From contig PBTQ01000011.1 of the NCBI GenBank assembly GCA_002729125.1, forward strand, positions 1 through 60,162: a stretch of 60,162 nucleotides of DNA. Reading direction: 5' to 3'. Origin of the DNA: Acidimicrobiaceae bacterium. Its GTDB lineage: Bacteria > Actinomycetota > Acidimicrobiia > Acidimicrobiales > Aldehydirespiratoraceae. A program made the translations under genes and the position numbers. Of this stretch, positions 43,349 through 51,675 are shown one piece after another. The notes beneath the pieces were generated by a model. That model did not search any database and was not told the DNA's origin. It worked only from the letters and a program-made list of their open reading frames with translations. Numbering within the stretch: position 1 is the first letter of the stretch; each line of letters opens with the position of its first letter.

Positions 43349-43372
43349 CTTGCTACAAAGCTTTGTGGCAAG
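43349..43372. promoter_or_regulatory. Candidate MarR operator: 24-bp near-perfect palindrome CTTGCTACAAAGCTTTGTGGCAAG
   Basis: 11 of 12 arm positions are complementary around a central AAGCTT. It lies 14 nt upstream of the marR GTG (43334), in the divergent intergenic region toward the SRPBCC gene. Confidence 0.5.
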
Positions 43373-43435
43373 TGAGCGGGTCGCTCGGGGGACCGGTGCC
43401 GCATCCGGCAAACATCGTGCCCTCGTATCACTGGC

Positions 43436-43879
43436 ATGGCTCGCTACTCGACCACCGTCCACTCCGAGCGACCCGCTTCCGTCGCATTTACCTTCGTCGC
43501 CGATCTCTCGAACCTGCCCCAGTGGGATCAGGGGGTGCAAAGGGTGAGCCAGATCCGAGGCGATGGCCTTGGCGCCGAGTCGGCCTATGAGGTGGTGTTG
43601 TCGAGTGCGGGCAACACCCGACTCCTGTACGAAATGACCGAGTTCGATCGTGAGGCCCTGACCGCCACGCTCGTCGCAACCCACAGCTGGTTCCGATCGA
43701 TCGACACGATCAGCGCCACGGGCAACGACGACGGCTCCGACGTCACCTACGACGCGGCCCTCGAACTCCGAGGCCCACTCGCCCTCCTCGACCCCCTCCT
43801 AGGGCTCGTCTTCAAACGCATCGGAGACAAGGCCGCCACCGGTCTCATCGGGGCCCTCGACGGAGCGGCAGTCGCATGA
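43436..43879 (+). CDS. SRPBCC (polyketide cyclase/dehydrase-like) family protein
   Basis: 147 aa. The N-terminal pattern ...V.SERPASVAFTFVADLSNLPQWD is typical of SRPBCC/START-like proteins. Confidence 0.72.
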   Translation: MARYSTTVHSERPASVAFTFVADLSNLPQWDQGVQRVSQIRGDGLGAESAYEVVLSSAGNTRLLYEMTEFDREALTATLVATHSWFRSIDTISATGNDDGSDVTYDAALELRGPLALLDPLLGLVFKRIGDKAATGLIGALDGAAVA

Positions 43880-44859
43880 ACGCAAAGCTGCTCGATCGGG
43901 TACTCGAGGCTCCAATCGCTCCGAGTTTCACCCGCATCGGCGCTGTCATCCGTTCTCGTACCGAGAGCTGGACCGACCTCGACGACTACGACCTCTCCGG
44001 GCGCACCGTCTTGCTTACCGGCGCCACATCGGGCCTCGGCCTTGCCGCAGCCCACCGCCTCGCCGGGCTCGGCGCCACCCTGCTCGTGGTCGGCCGCAAT
44101 CCGGCCAAGACCGACGCCGCCTGCGCAGCCCTCCCCTCCCCGACCGGCGCAACCCACACTCCCCTGTGCGCCGACCTCGGCGATCTGGCCGCTGTCACGG
44201 CGCTCGCCGACACGGTGATCGGCTCGCACAGCGACCTCGACACCCTCATCCACAACGCCGGCGCACTCAGCGCCGAACGCAACGAAAACACCGGCGGCAT
44301 CGAGATCACCGTGGCCTCCCAGGTGCTCGGGCCGTTCCTGCTCACCGCTCGACTCCTACCAACGCTGCGGTCCAACGGCCCTGCCCGCGTCTTGACCATG
44401 TCATCGGGCGGCATGTATTCCGCCGGCCTCACGGTCGACCGACTCCAAATGAGGGACCCTGGTTCAGCCGACCCCTACCGGGGAGCCGAGCAGTACGCCC
44501 GGGCCAAGCGGGCCCAGGTGACCCTCACCGAGATCTGGGCCGAGAGGTTCGCCACCAGCGGTGTGTGCTTCCATTCACTCCACCCGGGCTGGGCTGACAC
44601 GCCGGGAGTCGAAAAGGCATTGCCCACCTTCCGCAAGATCGTCGGGCCACTGCTGCGCTCACCGGCAGAGGGAGCCGACACACTCGTCTGGCTCACGGCC
44701 GACGACACGGTGTTCGTAGAGAACGGCCTGTTCTGGCACGACCGGGCACCGCGCACGATCCACCGTCTCCCTCAGACCAGACGCAGCGACACGCCCGAGC
44801 GGCGTGCCGACCTGTGGGACTGGTGTGTCACTCAGACCGGAGTCGACCCCGAGGTCTGA
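43876..44859 (+). CDS. SDR family oxidoreductase (retinol-dehydrogenase-like)
   Basis: VLLTGATSGLGLAAA (TGxxxGxG), NAG, and YARAKRA (YxxxK). ATG overlaps the upstream stop (ATGA). Confidence 0.85.
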   Translation: MNAKLLDRVLEAPIAPSFTRIGAVIRSRTESWTDLDDYDLSGRTVLLTGATSGLGLAAAHRLAGLGATLLVVGRNPAKTDAACAALPSPTGATHTPLCADLGDLAAVTALADTVIGSHSDLDTLIHNAGALSAERNENTGGIEITVASQVLGPFLLTARLLPTLRSNGPARVLTMSSGGMYSAGLTVDRLQMRDPGSADPYRGAEQYARAKRAQVTLTEIWAERFATSGVCFHSLHPGWADTPGVEKALPTFRKIVGPLLRSPAEGADTLVWLTADDTVFVENGLFWHDRAPRTIHRLPQTRRSDTPERRADLWDWCVTQTGVDPEV

Positions 44860-45551
44860 TTCGGGACGGACCGCACACGGATCCAATCCACGTCAACCTG
44901 AACCTCGTAGGCCGCGAGGCCCTCGGTGACCGGTTGACGAGTCGGGCTCCCGTCGGCCAGCCGGAACCGACCGTTGTGTTTCGGACACTCGAGTTCGTCA
45001 CCGACGACGGCACCGTCGGGTCGACCGCGAGCATGACGCACGATCCGGCGAACCATCGCAGGCACGCTGGTGAGGCCGAAGAGGTTGACGCCCCACGCCC
45101 GAACGTCGATCGGTCGGGGGAAGATGGTCTCCGCGTCGCGTCCGACGACGATCGTGTCGCTGTGGTGGCGAACGTGCGACCACCGCCACACCGTGGGTTC
45201 GCGCAACAACATGAACGAGGCGGGGAAACACGCCAGTTCGTTGAGCCATGAGGTGCGAAACGCAGTGCCGTGGCCACATTCGTGCCAGCGGGGATCGGCT
45301 GCGACGCCGCACAGAGCGGCGTAGACGACGACGGCCGGGACCGCCCACCGCGAACCGAGCGCAATCCATGCCCAACTTCCCGCACCGACGAGCAACGCAA
45401 GCCAGAGCCCGACATCGATGCCGGCGCGGAGATCAGACCGTTGATGGAGTTCGGCAAGCCGAGCTGGGTCGATAAGCGAGCGGTACCACTCGGCGTCAGC
45501 GAGGCCTCGTTCGATGGCGCGCTGCGACTCGGGCCCGATGAGTGAGTAGTC
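44832..45551 (-). pseudogene. Chimeric remnant: membrane fatty-acid-desaturase N-terminal two thirds fused in frame to a Rieske-protein C-terminal fragment
   Basis: DYSLIGPESQRAIERGLADAEWY...HECGHG (His box 1)...WSHVRHHSDT (His box 2)...VRRIVRHARGR, then abruptly ...GDELECPKHNGRFRLADGSP...YEVQVDVDWIRV (Rieske CPxH half). There is no third His box. No ATG/GTG/TTG start lies at the expected N-terminus. The 3' end overlaps the convergent SDR by 28 nt. Confidence 0.5.
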
Positions 45552-45568
45552 CCGAGTCGGCGCCGCTA

Positions 45569-46435
45569 TCAGTCGATGATCTCCCGGAGCAGCTGCATGC
45601 GAGGCCTCACGACCTCCTCGAGGAGCGCAGGCCGTTCGCCGGGGGATGCGAGTGCGGCTTCTCCCCACAGAGCGCGACCGACCATGAAGCCCGACCCTCC
45701 GGCCTTCACCGCAACCTCCACCTGCCGCAGGTACGTGTCGAATGAACCTCCGCCCGACAGCAGCACCCACGGCATCGTGGCGATCTCCGAGATCGTGCGA
45801 CATGCGGCGAACCAGTGATCGTTGTCGGGATCGGACGGGTCGACCGGGAACGGCAGCTTGAGCAGATCGGGACTCATCGCCGCAAAGCGCTGAGCGGTCT
45901 CGAGCACCAGCTTCGGACGGAGCGACGGGTCGTCGAGTTGGTAGAACAGCGGCTCGAGCACAACGGGGATACCGACCCGGTTGCACTCGGCGACCACCTC
46001 GCGACCGACCTGCTCTTGGGCCTCAGCCAACGGGCGGTCGGGCCGGTATGGCAGCAGCAGCTTGGCGCACGAGGCGCCGCTGGCCTTCGCCTGATCGACC
46101 GACCAGCCGTCGAGGAGTTCGGTCGGACCCTTCTCCGGGTCGCCCAGGTAGCCCTGCGCCTCGAGCGCAGCGGTGAAGCCAATCGTCGCCGGCTTGGCGC
46201 CGGAGTCGATGAGCTGCGGGATCGAGTACTCGGGTTCGAGCATGACGCCGGTGGCGTCGGGTGCAATCGCCCGAACCATCTGATCTTTGAGATCGGTGAT
46301 CTCCTGCGCCGTCAACGAATCGGGATCGTCGGGGCGCACGAACGCCCGCAGCGAGTCGCGATGATCGATGGCGAAGACGCCGAAACGGCGCTTGTCGTTG
46401 GTGAGTTCATCGAGCATGAACGAAAGGTCGCTCAT
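45569..46435 (-). CDS. DeoC/LacD-type (beta/alpha)8 aldolase, Cgl0159-like; probable IolJ-equivalent in inositol catabolism
   Basis: 288 aa from ATG 46435 within ORF 45569..47002: MSDLSFMLDELTNDKRRFGVFAIDHRDSL...CAKLLLPY...LLKLPFP...VLLSGG. It is the last gene of the iol operon. The function is inferred from context. Confidence 0.65.
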   Translation of the reverse strand: MSDLSFMLDELTNDKRRFGVFAIDHRDSLRAFVRPDDPDSLTAQEITDLKDQMVRAIAPDATGVMLEPEYSIPQLIDSGAKPATIGFTAALEAQGYLGDPEKGPTELLDGWSVDQAKASGASCAKLLLPYRPDRPLAEAQEQVGREVVAECNRVGIPVVLEPLFYQLDDPSLRPKLVLETAQRFAAMSPDLLKLPFPVDPSDPDNDHWFAACRTISEIATMPWVLLSGGGSFDTYLRQVEVAVKAGGSGFMVGRALWGEAALASPGERPALLEEVVRPRMQLLREIID

Positions 46436-46436
46436 G

Positions 46437-47273
46437 TCAGGGCCGTACCTTGGGGAGCTCCCAGCCGAACTTGTCCCAGTCCTCTTCGATCCACGTGTAG
46501 GCGTCGTGGAAGCACGGTGGGGTGACGCGTTCGCCGTCGACGAGTTCGCCCGCCAGATAGTTGAGAAAGAACATGTGGCTCCCGGGCGCAGCCGCCGTGG
46601 AATGGAAGCCCTTGGTGACGATGGCGCAATCGCCGTCGCCGGCAGTGAGGACTTCGTCGAAGTCCTCATCGGTCCGCCAGTTACGGTGCATGCAGAAGCC
46701 GTCGGACGGGTCGAGACGGAAGTAATACGTCTCCTCCAGATACGGTGATCCGTCGAAACCGTCGTGGCAGTGCGGCGGCCAACCCGACCACGAACCACGC
46801 GGCACATAGACCTCGTAGAGAATGAGGCGCTCGGCATCGATCGGCGGCGCGAGCACATGATTGACCTGGCGGTAGGCGGCACCACCCCCGCGAAGCTCAC
46901 TGGACATGTCGGCCGGTTCGAGGATACGCGCCGGGTAGCGGCCCTCGGCCGGTGCCGAACCGATGGCGAACTCGAATGCTTCGTCGGTGGCGACGATCTC
47001 AATCGCGACGCCGGGTGGGGCGTAGGCGATGCGGGGCATCTCCTCGAACACCGAGGTGCGGGACAGGGTGGTCTCGATGTCGCCGACCTTCACAGTGGCC
47101 GAGCCGCTGATCGGCACGACCGCGGTCTCCTGGTCGGCGAGCAGGTGGTCGTGGCGGTCGACCGAGTTCAGGCCGACGACGGCGAAGCTGAGATAGGTCC
47201 ACCCCGCCGACTCGGGCGTGATCTCCATCTGGACAGTCTTCGACCGGTCGGGCGTGAAGAGGTGTTCGTTCAT
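46437..47273 (-). CDS. iolB: 5-deoxy-glucuronate isomerase
   Basis: 278 aa from ATG 47273: ...GWTYLSFAVV...YEVYVPRGSWSGWPPHCHDG...YLEETYYFR (cupin IolB signature). Confidence 0.9.
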   Translation of the reverse strand: MNEHLFTPDRSKTVQMEITPESAGWTYLSFAVVGLNSVDRHDHLLADQETAVVPISGSATVKVGDIETTLSRTSVFEEMPRIAYAPPGVAIEIVATDEAFEFAIGSAPAEGRYPARILEPADMSSELRGGGAAYRQVNHVLAPPIDAERLILYEVYVPRGSWSGWPPHCHDGFDGSPYLEETYYFRLDPSDGFCMHRNWRTDEDFDEVLTAGDGDCAIVTKGFHSTAAAPGSHMFFLNYLAGELVDGERVTPPCFHDAYTWIEEDWDKFGWELPKVRP

Positions 47274-48277
47274 CAGATGATCTCCGTGATCAGGACAGGA
47301 CGGCCTTCGTCCATCGCGCGCTTGGCGGCCATGCCGATGACGAGCGGGGCCCGACCGTCGGCACCGCTGACCGGTGTTGGGGTGCCGTTCTCGACGGCGG
47401 CGACGAATGCCTCCCACTGATCGAGATAGCTGGCGGTGTAGCGCTCGAGGAAGAAGTTCTGGAGTGGGGGCTGGCGATAGCCCCCGGCGGTGGCCACGAG
47501 AGCGTTGGTGTCGTGGTGGTTGTTCGACTGGGCCATGCCGCTGCTGCCGAAGGCCTCGACCCGCTGGTCGTAGCCGTAGACGGCACGACGACTAATGTCG
47601 ATCGTGGTGAGGCAGCCGTTCTCGTGGGTGAGGACGATGACGGCGGTGTCGACATCGCCGGCCTGCCCGATCGCCGGATCGACCCGTACGCGGCCGAGGG
47701 CGTAGACCGACTCAACCTCGCTGCCGGTCACGTAGCGGGCCATGTCGAAATCGTGGATTGCCATGTCGTTGAAGATGCCGCCCGAGACTTCGATGTAGGC
47801 GATCGGCGGCGGGGCCGGGTCACGGCTGGTGATGTTGACGACCTCGACATCACCAATCGCGCCATCGGCGACGGCATCCGCAACTGCCTTGTGGGACGGA
47901 TCGAACCGGCGGTTGAAGCCGATGTGCAACGACACGCCGGCGGCCTCGACCGCTGCGAGCGCGCGGTCGACTTCGGCGACATCGAGGCTGATCGGCTTTT
48001 CGCAGAAGATCGCCCGACCGGCTTCGGCCGCTGCGATCATGACGTCGACGTGGGTGTCGGTGGAGGTGCAGATCGCGACTGCGTCGGCGTCGATCGCCAG
48101 TGCAGCTGCGAGGTCGGTGGCGACGGGAACGTCGAGTTCGGCACCGACGTTCTCGGCCGCTTCAGCGACGACGTCGAACACGCCGACGACCTCGGCGCCG
48201 GCGACCCGACGGTGAAGATAGGCAGCGTGCATGGAACCGATACGGCCACAGCCGAGCACAATGAAACGAACAGTCAT
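47273..48277 (-). CDS. iolG: myo-Inositol 2-dehydrogenase (Gfo/Idh/MocA family)
   Basis: VRFIVLGCGRIGSMHA, FCEKPISL, GFNRRFDPSH, and DMAIHDFDMARYV. Confidence 0.85.
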   Translation of the reverse strand: MTVRFIVLGCGRIGSMHAAYLHRRVAGAEVVGVFDVVAEAAENVGAELDVPVATDLAAALAIDADAVAICTSTDTHVDVMIAAAEAGRAIFCEKPISLDVAEVDRALAAVEAAGVSLHIGFNRRFDPSHKAVADAVADGAIGDVEVVNITSRDPAPPPIAYIEVSGGIFNDMAIHDFDMARYVTGSEVESVYALGRVRVDPAIGQAGDVDTAVIVLTHENGCLTTIDISRRAVYGYDQRVEAFGSSGMAQSNNHHDTNALVATAGGYRQPPLQNFFLERYTASYLDQWEAFVAAVENGTPTPVSGADGRAPLVIGMAAKRAMDEGRPVLITEII

Positions 48278-48596
48278 AGCGAAACTCCGTCTTTGTCGAT
48301 GGGAAATGGACTAGCGAATACAGCGCCGGTTTGACCGGCAAGTCAACACCGGTGGCGATGCCGTCGGCTGCAGCCGACGCAGCAGCGGCCTCGACCGAGT
48401 CGAGGAAGTCACGCATCTCGACGCGGTAGGTGTCGAGGAACGGCGAGAACCAGTCGTCGCCGATGGCTCCGGCAACCACGCCGTCGGCCCGAACCGCGGC
48501 CCGGAGAAGGTCAGCAGCGACGACATTGCCGCTCTCCGCCGTGACCTCGACCGAGACCTCATAGCCGGTGGCGATGTCGTCAAAGTCGAAGCTCAT
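48162..48596 (-). CDS. Small ORF between iolD and iolG, possibly a Gfo/Idh/MocA C-terminal fragment; 3' end uncertain
   Basis: ATG 48596 lies 4 nt after the iolD stop. The first ~100 codons have high third-position GC (MSFDFDDIATGYEVSVEV...GDDWFSPFLDTYRVEMRDFLDSVE...). The frame has no stop until 48162, which is 115 nt inside iolG, and codon quality collapses after about 48300. Confidence 0.3.
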   Translation of the reverse strand: MSFDFDDIATGYEVSVEVTAESGNVVAADLLRAAVRADGVVAGAIGDDWFSPFLDTYRVEMRDFLDSVEAAAASAAADGIATGVDLPVKPALYSLVHFPSTKTEFRYDCSFHCARLWPYRFHARCLSSPSGRRRRGRRRVRRRR

Positions 48597-48600
48597 GGCG

Positions 48601-50454
48601 CTACCAACCTGCTCGCTGATCAGCCTTGCCCTCGTCGAGTTCGGCTCGGGCCTGACGCACCGATTTGTATGCCGACACCTCAGGCACACCGACCTCCCAC
48701 CATGAGCCACCCTCGGTCCACGAATTCTGGTGTGTCTGGAGGGCGATGACTGTTGTGCGGTCGGCTTCCTTGGCCCGCTTCCAGGCGGCCTCGAGTTCAT
48801 CGATCGTCGACACGGTCTCGGCGTTGCAACCCATCGCGGCGGCGTGGGTAGCGAAGTCGACCCGTACCTCCTCGACGATCTTGGAGTCGGCGAGCAGGTT
48901 GTTGAAGGGGGCACCGCCCTGGTTGACCTGCAGCCGATTGATGACGGCGAAGCCGCCGTTGTCGCAGACGATGACGATCATCTTGTGGCCCGACAGCACT
49001 GAGCTGTAGAGGTCGCTGTTCATCATCAGGTACGAACCATCACCCACGAAGACAGTGACGTCTTTGTCAGGCAACGCCATCGATGCGCCCCAACCACCGG
49101 AGATCTCGTAGCCCATGCACGAGAAGCCGTACTCGCAGTCGAAGCTGTTGAGCGCTTTTTGCCGCCAACCATTGTTGACCTCACCCGGGAAACCGCCGGC
49201 GGCAGCCAGGGCGAAATCGTCGGAGCCGGCCAACCGGTCGACGACGCCGACGACTTGGGCGTAACTCGGAAGTTCATCCCCGTTGGCATCAGGAGCGGCG
49301 ATCTTGTCGATGTAGGCGTGGTACTGCGACACCTCGGCCGATGCCGTGTCGCTCCATGACTCGGGCGCTCGATAGTGCCCGATGCGACCAGTCAGGTCGG
49401 TGAGCGCTTCGCGAGCGTCGCCGACGACCGGGAGGGCCAGGTGTTTAGTGGCGTCCCAGCGGGCCGTGTTGATGCCGACGATCTTGACGTCGGCATTCTT
49501 AAAAACGGTCCACGAGCCGGTCGTGAAATCCTCGAGTCGGGTGCCGACCGCCACGACGACGTCGGCCTCGGCGGCCAGATTGTTGGCTGCCTCGCAACCG
49601 GTGACACCGATCGGACCGGCGTACATCGGGTGCGAAGCAAGAAGCGATGCCTTGCCGGCGACCGTCTCAACGACGGGGATGTTGTGGGTCTCGGCGAAGG
49701 CGGCAAGTTCGGCTTCGGCAAAGGAGTAGTGCACCCCGCCACCGGCGATGACAAGCGGCTTTTCGGAGTGCTCGATCGCAGCAGCGGCCGAATCGAGTTG
49801 ATGGATGTCGGCCCGCTGGCGGGTCAGACGGTGGATCTGCTCGTCGAAGAAGCGAACCGGGAAGTCGTAGGCCGCGGCAGCGACGTCCTGAGGCAGTCCG
49901 ATGAAGGCCGGGCCGCAGTCGGCAGGGTCGAGCATCGTCTGCACCGCGTGGGGCAGTGACGACACCACCTGCTCGGGCTTCATGATGCGATCCCAGTACC
50001 GGCTGACCGAACGGAACGCATCGTTGACCGTCGTCGACGGCTCACCGAAGTGCTCGACCTGCTGCAGCACCGGATCGGGCAGACGGCTGGCGAAGGTATC
50101 GCCGGCAATCAACAGCAACGGGATGCGGTTGGAGTGCGCCACACCGGCGGCGGTGACCATATTCGTCGCGCCGGGACCGACCGATGAGGTCGCCACCATG
50201 ATCTGGCGACGACGTACCGTCTTCGCATAGGCGGTGGCCGCGAGCGCCATACCCTGCTCGTTTTGTCCCCGCCAGGTCGGTAGCTCGTCTTGATGCTGCT
50301 CGAGCGCGTGACCCAGGCAGGTGACGTTGCCGTGACCGAAGATCGCAAACACCCCCGGGAACAGCGGGGCGATGCTGCCGTCGGGCATCACGGACTTCTG
50401 GGCGATGAGGTACCTGACGATGGCGTCGGCCGTTGTGAGTCGGGTCGTCTCCAT
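48601..50454 (-). CDS. iolD: 3D-(3,5/4)-trihydroxycyclohexane-1,2-dione acylhydrolase (ThDP-dependent)
   Basis: 617 aa with ThDP enzyme architecture. The ThDP-binding motif is GDGSYLMMNSDLYSSV...N. The N-terminus is IolD-type: TRLTTADAIVRYL. Confidence 0.92.
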   Translation of the reverse strand: METTRLTTADAIVRYLIAQKSVMPDGSIAPLFPGVFAIFGHGNVTCLGHALEQHQDELPTWRGQNEQGMALAATAYAKTVRRRQIMVATSSVGPGATNMVTAAGVAHSNRIPLLLIAGDTFASRLPDPVLQQVEHFGEPSTTVNDAFRSVSRYWDRIMKPEQVVSSLPHAVQTMLDPADCGPAFIGLPQDVAAAAYDFPVRFFDEQIHRLTRQRADIHQLDSAAAAIEHSEKPLVIAGGGVHYSFAEAELAAFAETHNIPVVETVAGKASLLASHPMYAGPIGVTGCEAANNLAAEADVVVAVGTRLEDFTTGSWTVFKNADVKIVGINTARWDATKHLALPVVGDAREALTDLTGRIGHYRAPESWSDTASAEVSQYHAYIDKIAAPDANGDELPSYAQVVGVVDRLAGSDDFALAAAGGFPGEVNNGWRQKALNSFDCEYGFSCMGYEISGGWGASMALPDKDVTVFVGDGSYLMMNSDLYSSVLSGHKMIVIVCDNGGFAVINRLQVNQGGAPFNNLLADSKIVEEVRVDFATHAAAMGCNAETVSTIDELEAAWKRAKEADRTTVIALQTHQNSWTEGGSWWEVGVPEVSAYKSVRQARAELDEGKADQRAGW

Positions 50455-50487
50455 GATTTCTCCTGATTCAGTTCCAGGTGGCTCGAA

Positions 50488-51675
50488 TCAGCCGCGCGGG
50501 CTCAACCGCTCGACGGTTTCCCACTTCTCGGACTTCCACGAGCGCAGCATCGCGTCCTGAACGCTGACGTAGTCGATCGCCTCAGCGAAGCCAGGCGTGT
50601 GCTGGCGGCCGTTCGCAACCGATGACAGATATTCGAACTCCTCAATGACCTTGAGGTCCTCGTACCCGATCGGGTTGGCGTCACCCGGCACAAAGTGGCC
50701 GTGATACGGGAAGCGGTCGCCGGAGTAGACGGTCTTGTAGCCGAGTTCGGGCTCGGAGGCGCGAAATAACTTCAACTCGTTCATCGTCTCGAGGTTCCAC
50801 ATCAGCGATCCCTTCGTGCCGTACACCTCGAAAGCGCACTGGCTCTGCGGACCCATGATCGAGCGGCTCGACTCGAACACGCCACGGGCACCGTTCTCGA
50901 ACACGCACATCGCGCCGAAGTAGTCCTCGTTCTCGACCGTGCCGGTCGGGTCACCGGGCTTGCCGACGTCGTAGTGGGTGCCGCCCGGTTTGGGCAGCGG
51001 ACGCTTAGGGATCTGGATGTGGCCCATACCGACGACCTTCTCGATGCCGCCGATCAGCATGTGGGCGAGGTCGACCGCATGGCTGAGGATGTCCGACGAC
51101 ACGCCGTGGCCGGCCTCGTCGAGCATGAAGCGCCACGAGAGCAGACCCATCGGATCGGCGCCGTACATCGAGAAGAAGCGACCCTGGTAGTTGGTGATCT
51201 CGCCGAGTTCACCGGCGTCGATCAGCTGCTTGGCGTACTGCACCAGCGGCGCCCGTCGGTAGTTGTAGCCGACACCCGTGATCACGCCGGCTGCGCGCGT
51301 GGCAGCTTCGATGCGAACGGTCTGCTCGGGTGTGCCGCCTACCGGCTTCTCGCAGAACACGTGCTTGCCCGCTTCGGCGGCAGCGATCGCGATCGGCTCG
51401 TGCAGCATGTTCGGCGCGCAGATCACGACGACGTCGATGTCGTCGTTGGCGATCAGGTCGTTCCAGTCGACGGAGCCATGACCAAAGCCGAAATCGGCGA
51501 CGGCTTGATCGACCCGCGACGCTATGTTGTCGCTGATCATCACCAGTTCAGCGTCGAACTCGCGCTCAGGAAACAAGGTCGGGATTCGCAGGATTGATCG
51601 GGTATGGGCCTGGCCCATCCAACCGAAGCCGACGACGCCGACCCGGATCTTCTTGCGTGCACTCACGAGGAACAT
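50488..51675 (-). CDS. Gfo/Idh/MocA family oxidoreductase (second copy in the iol operon)
   Basis: KIRVGVVGFGWMGQAH, FCEKPVG, GYNYRRAP, and SDILSHAVDLAHMLIG. Start is ATG 51675 (GTG 51666, overlapping the upstream stop as GTGA, is equally plausible). The remainder of ORF 50488..52500 is an out-of-frame shadow. Confidence 0.85.
   Translation of the reverse strand: MFLVSARKKIRVGVVGFGWMGQAHTRSILRIPTLFPEREFDAELVMISDNIASRVDQAVADFGFGHGSVDWNDLIANDDIDVVVICAPNMLHEPIAIAAAEAGKHVFCEKPVGGTPEQTVRIEAATRAAGVITGVGYNYRRAPLVQYAKQLIDAGELGEITNYQGRFFSMYGADPMGLLSWRFMLDEAGHGVSSDILSHAVDLAHMLIGGIEKVVGMGHIQIPKRPLPKPGGTHYDVGKPGDPTGTVENEDYFGAMCVFENGARGVFESSRSIMGPQSQCAFEVYGTKGSLMWNLETMNELKLFRASEPELGYKTVYSGDRFPYHGHFVPGDANPIGYEDLKVIEEFEYLSSVANGRQHTPGFAEAIDYVSVQDAMLRSWKSEKWETVERLSPRG

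Noticed and set aside
46436-47417. Upstream extensions of ORFs 45569..47002 and 46437..47417
   Set aside because: The extensions are low-complexity Arg/Ser/Thr-rich and overlap the well-supported iolB and iolG genes. Internal ATGs at 46435 and 47273 give full-length homologous proteins that abut the upstream stops.
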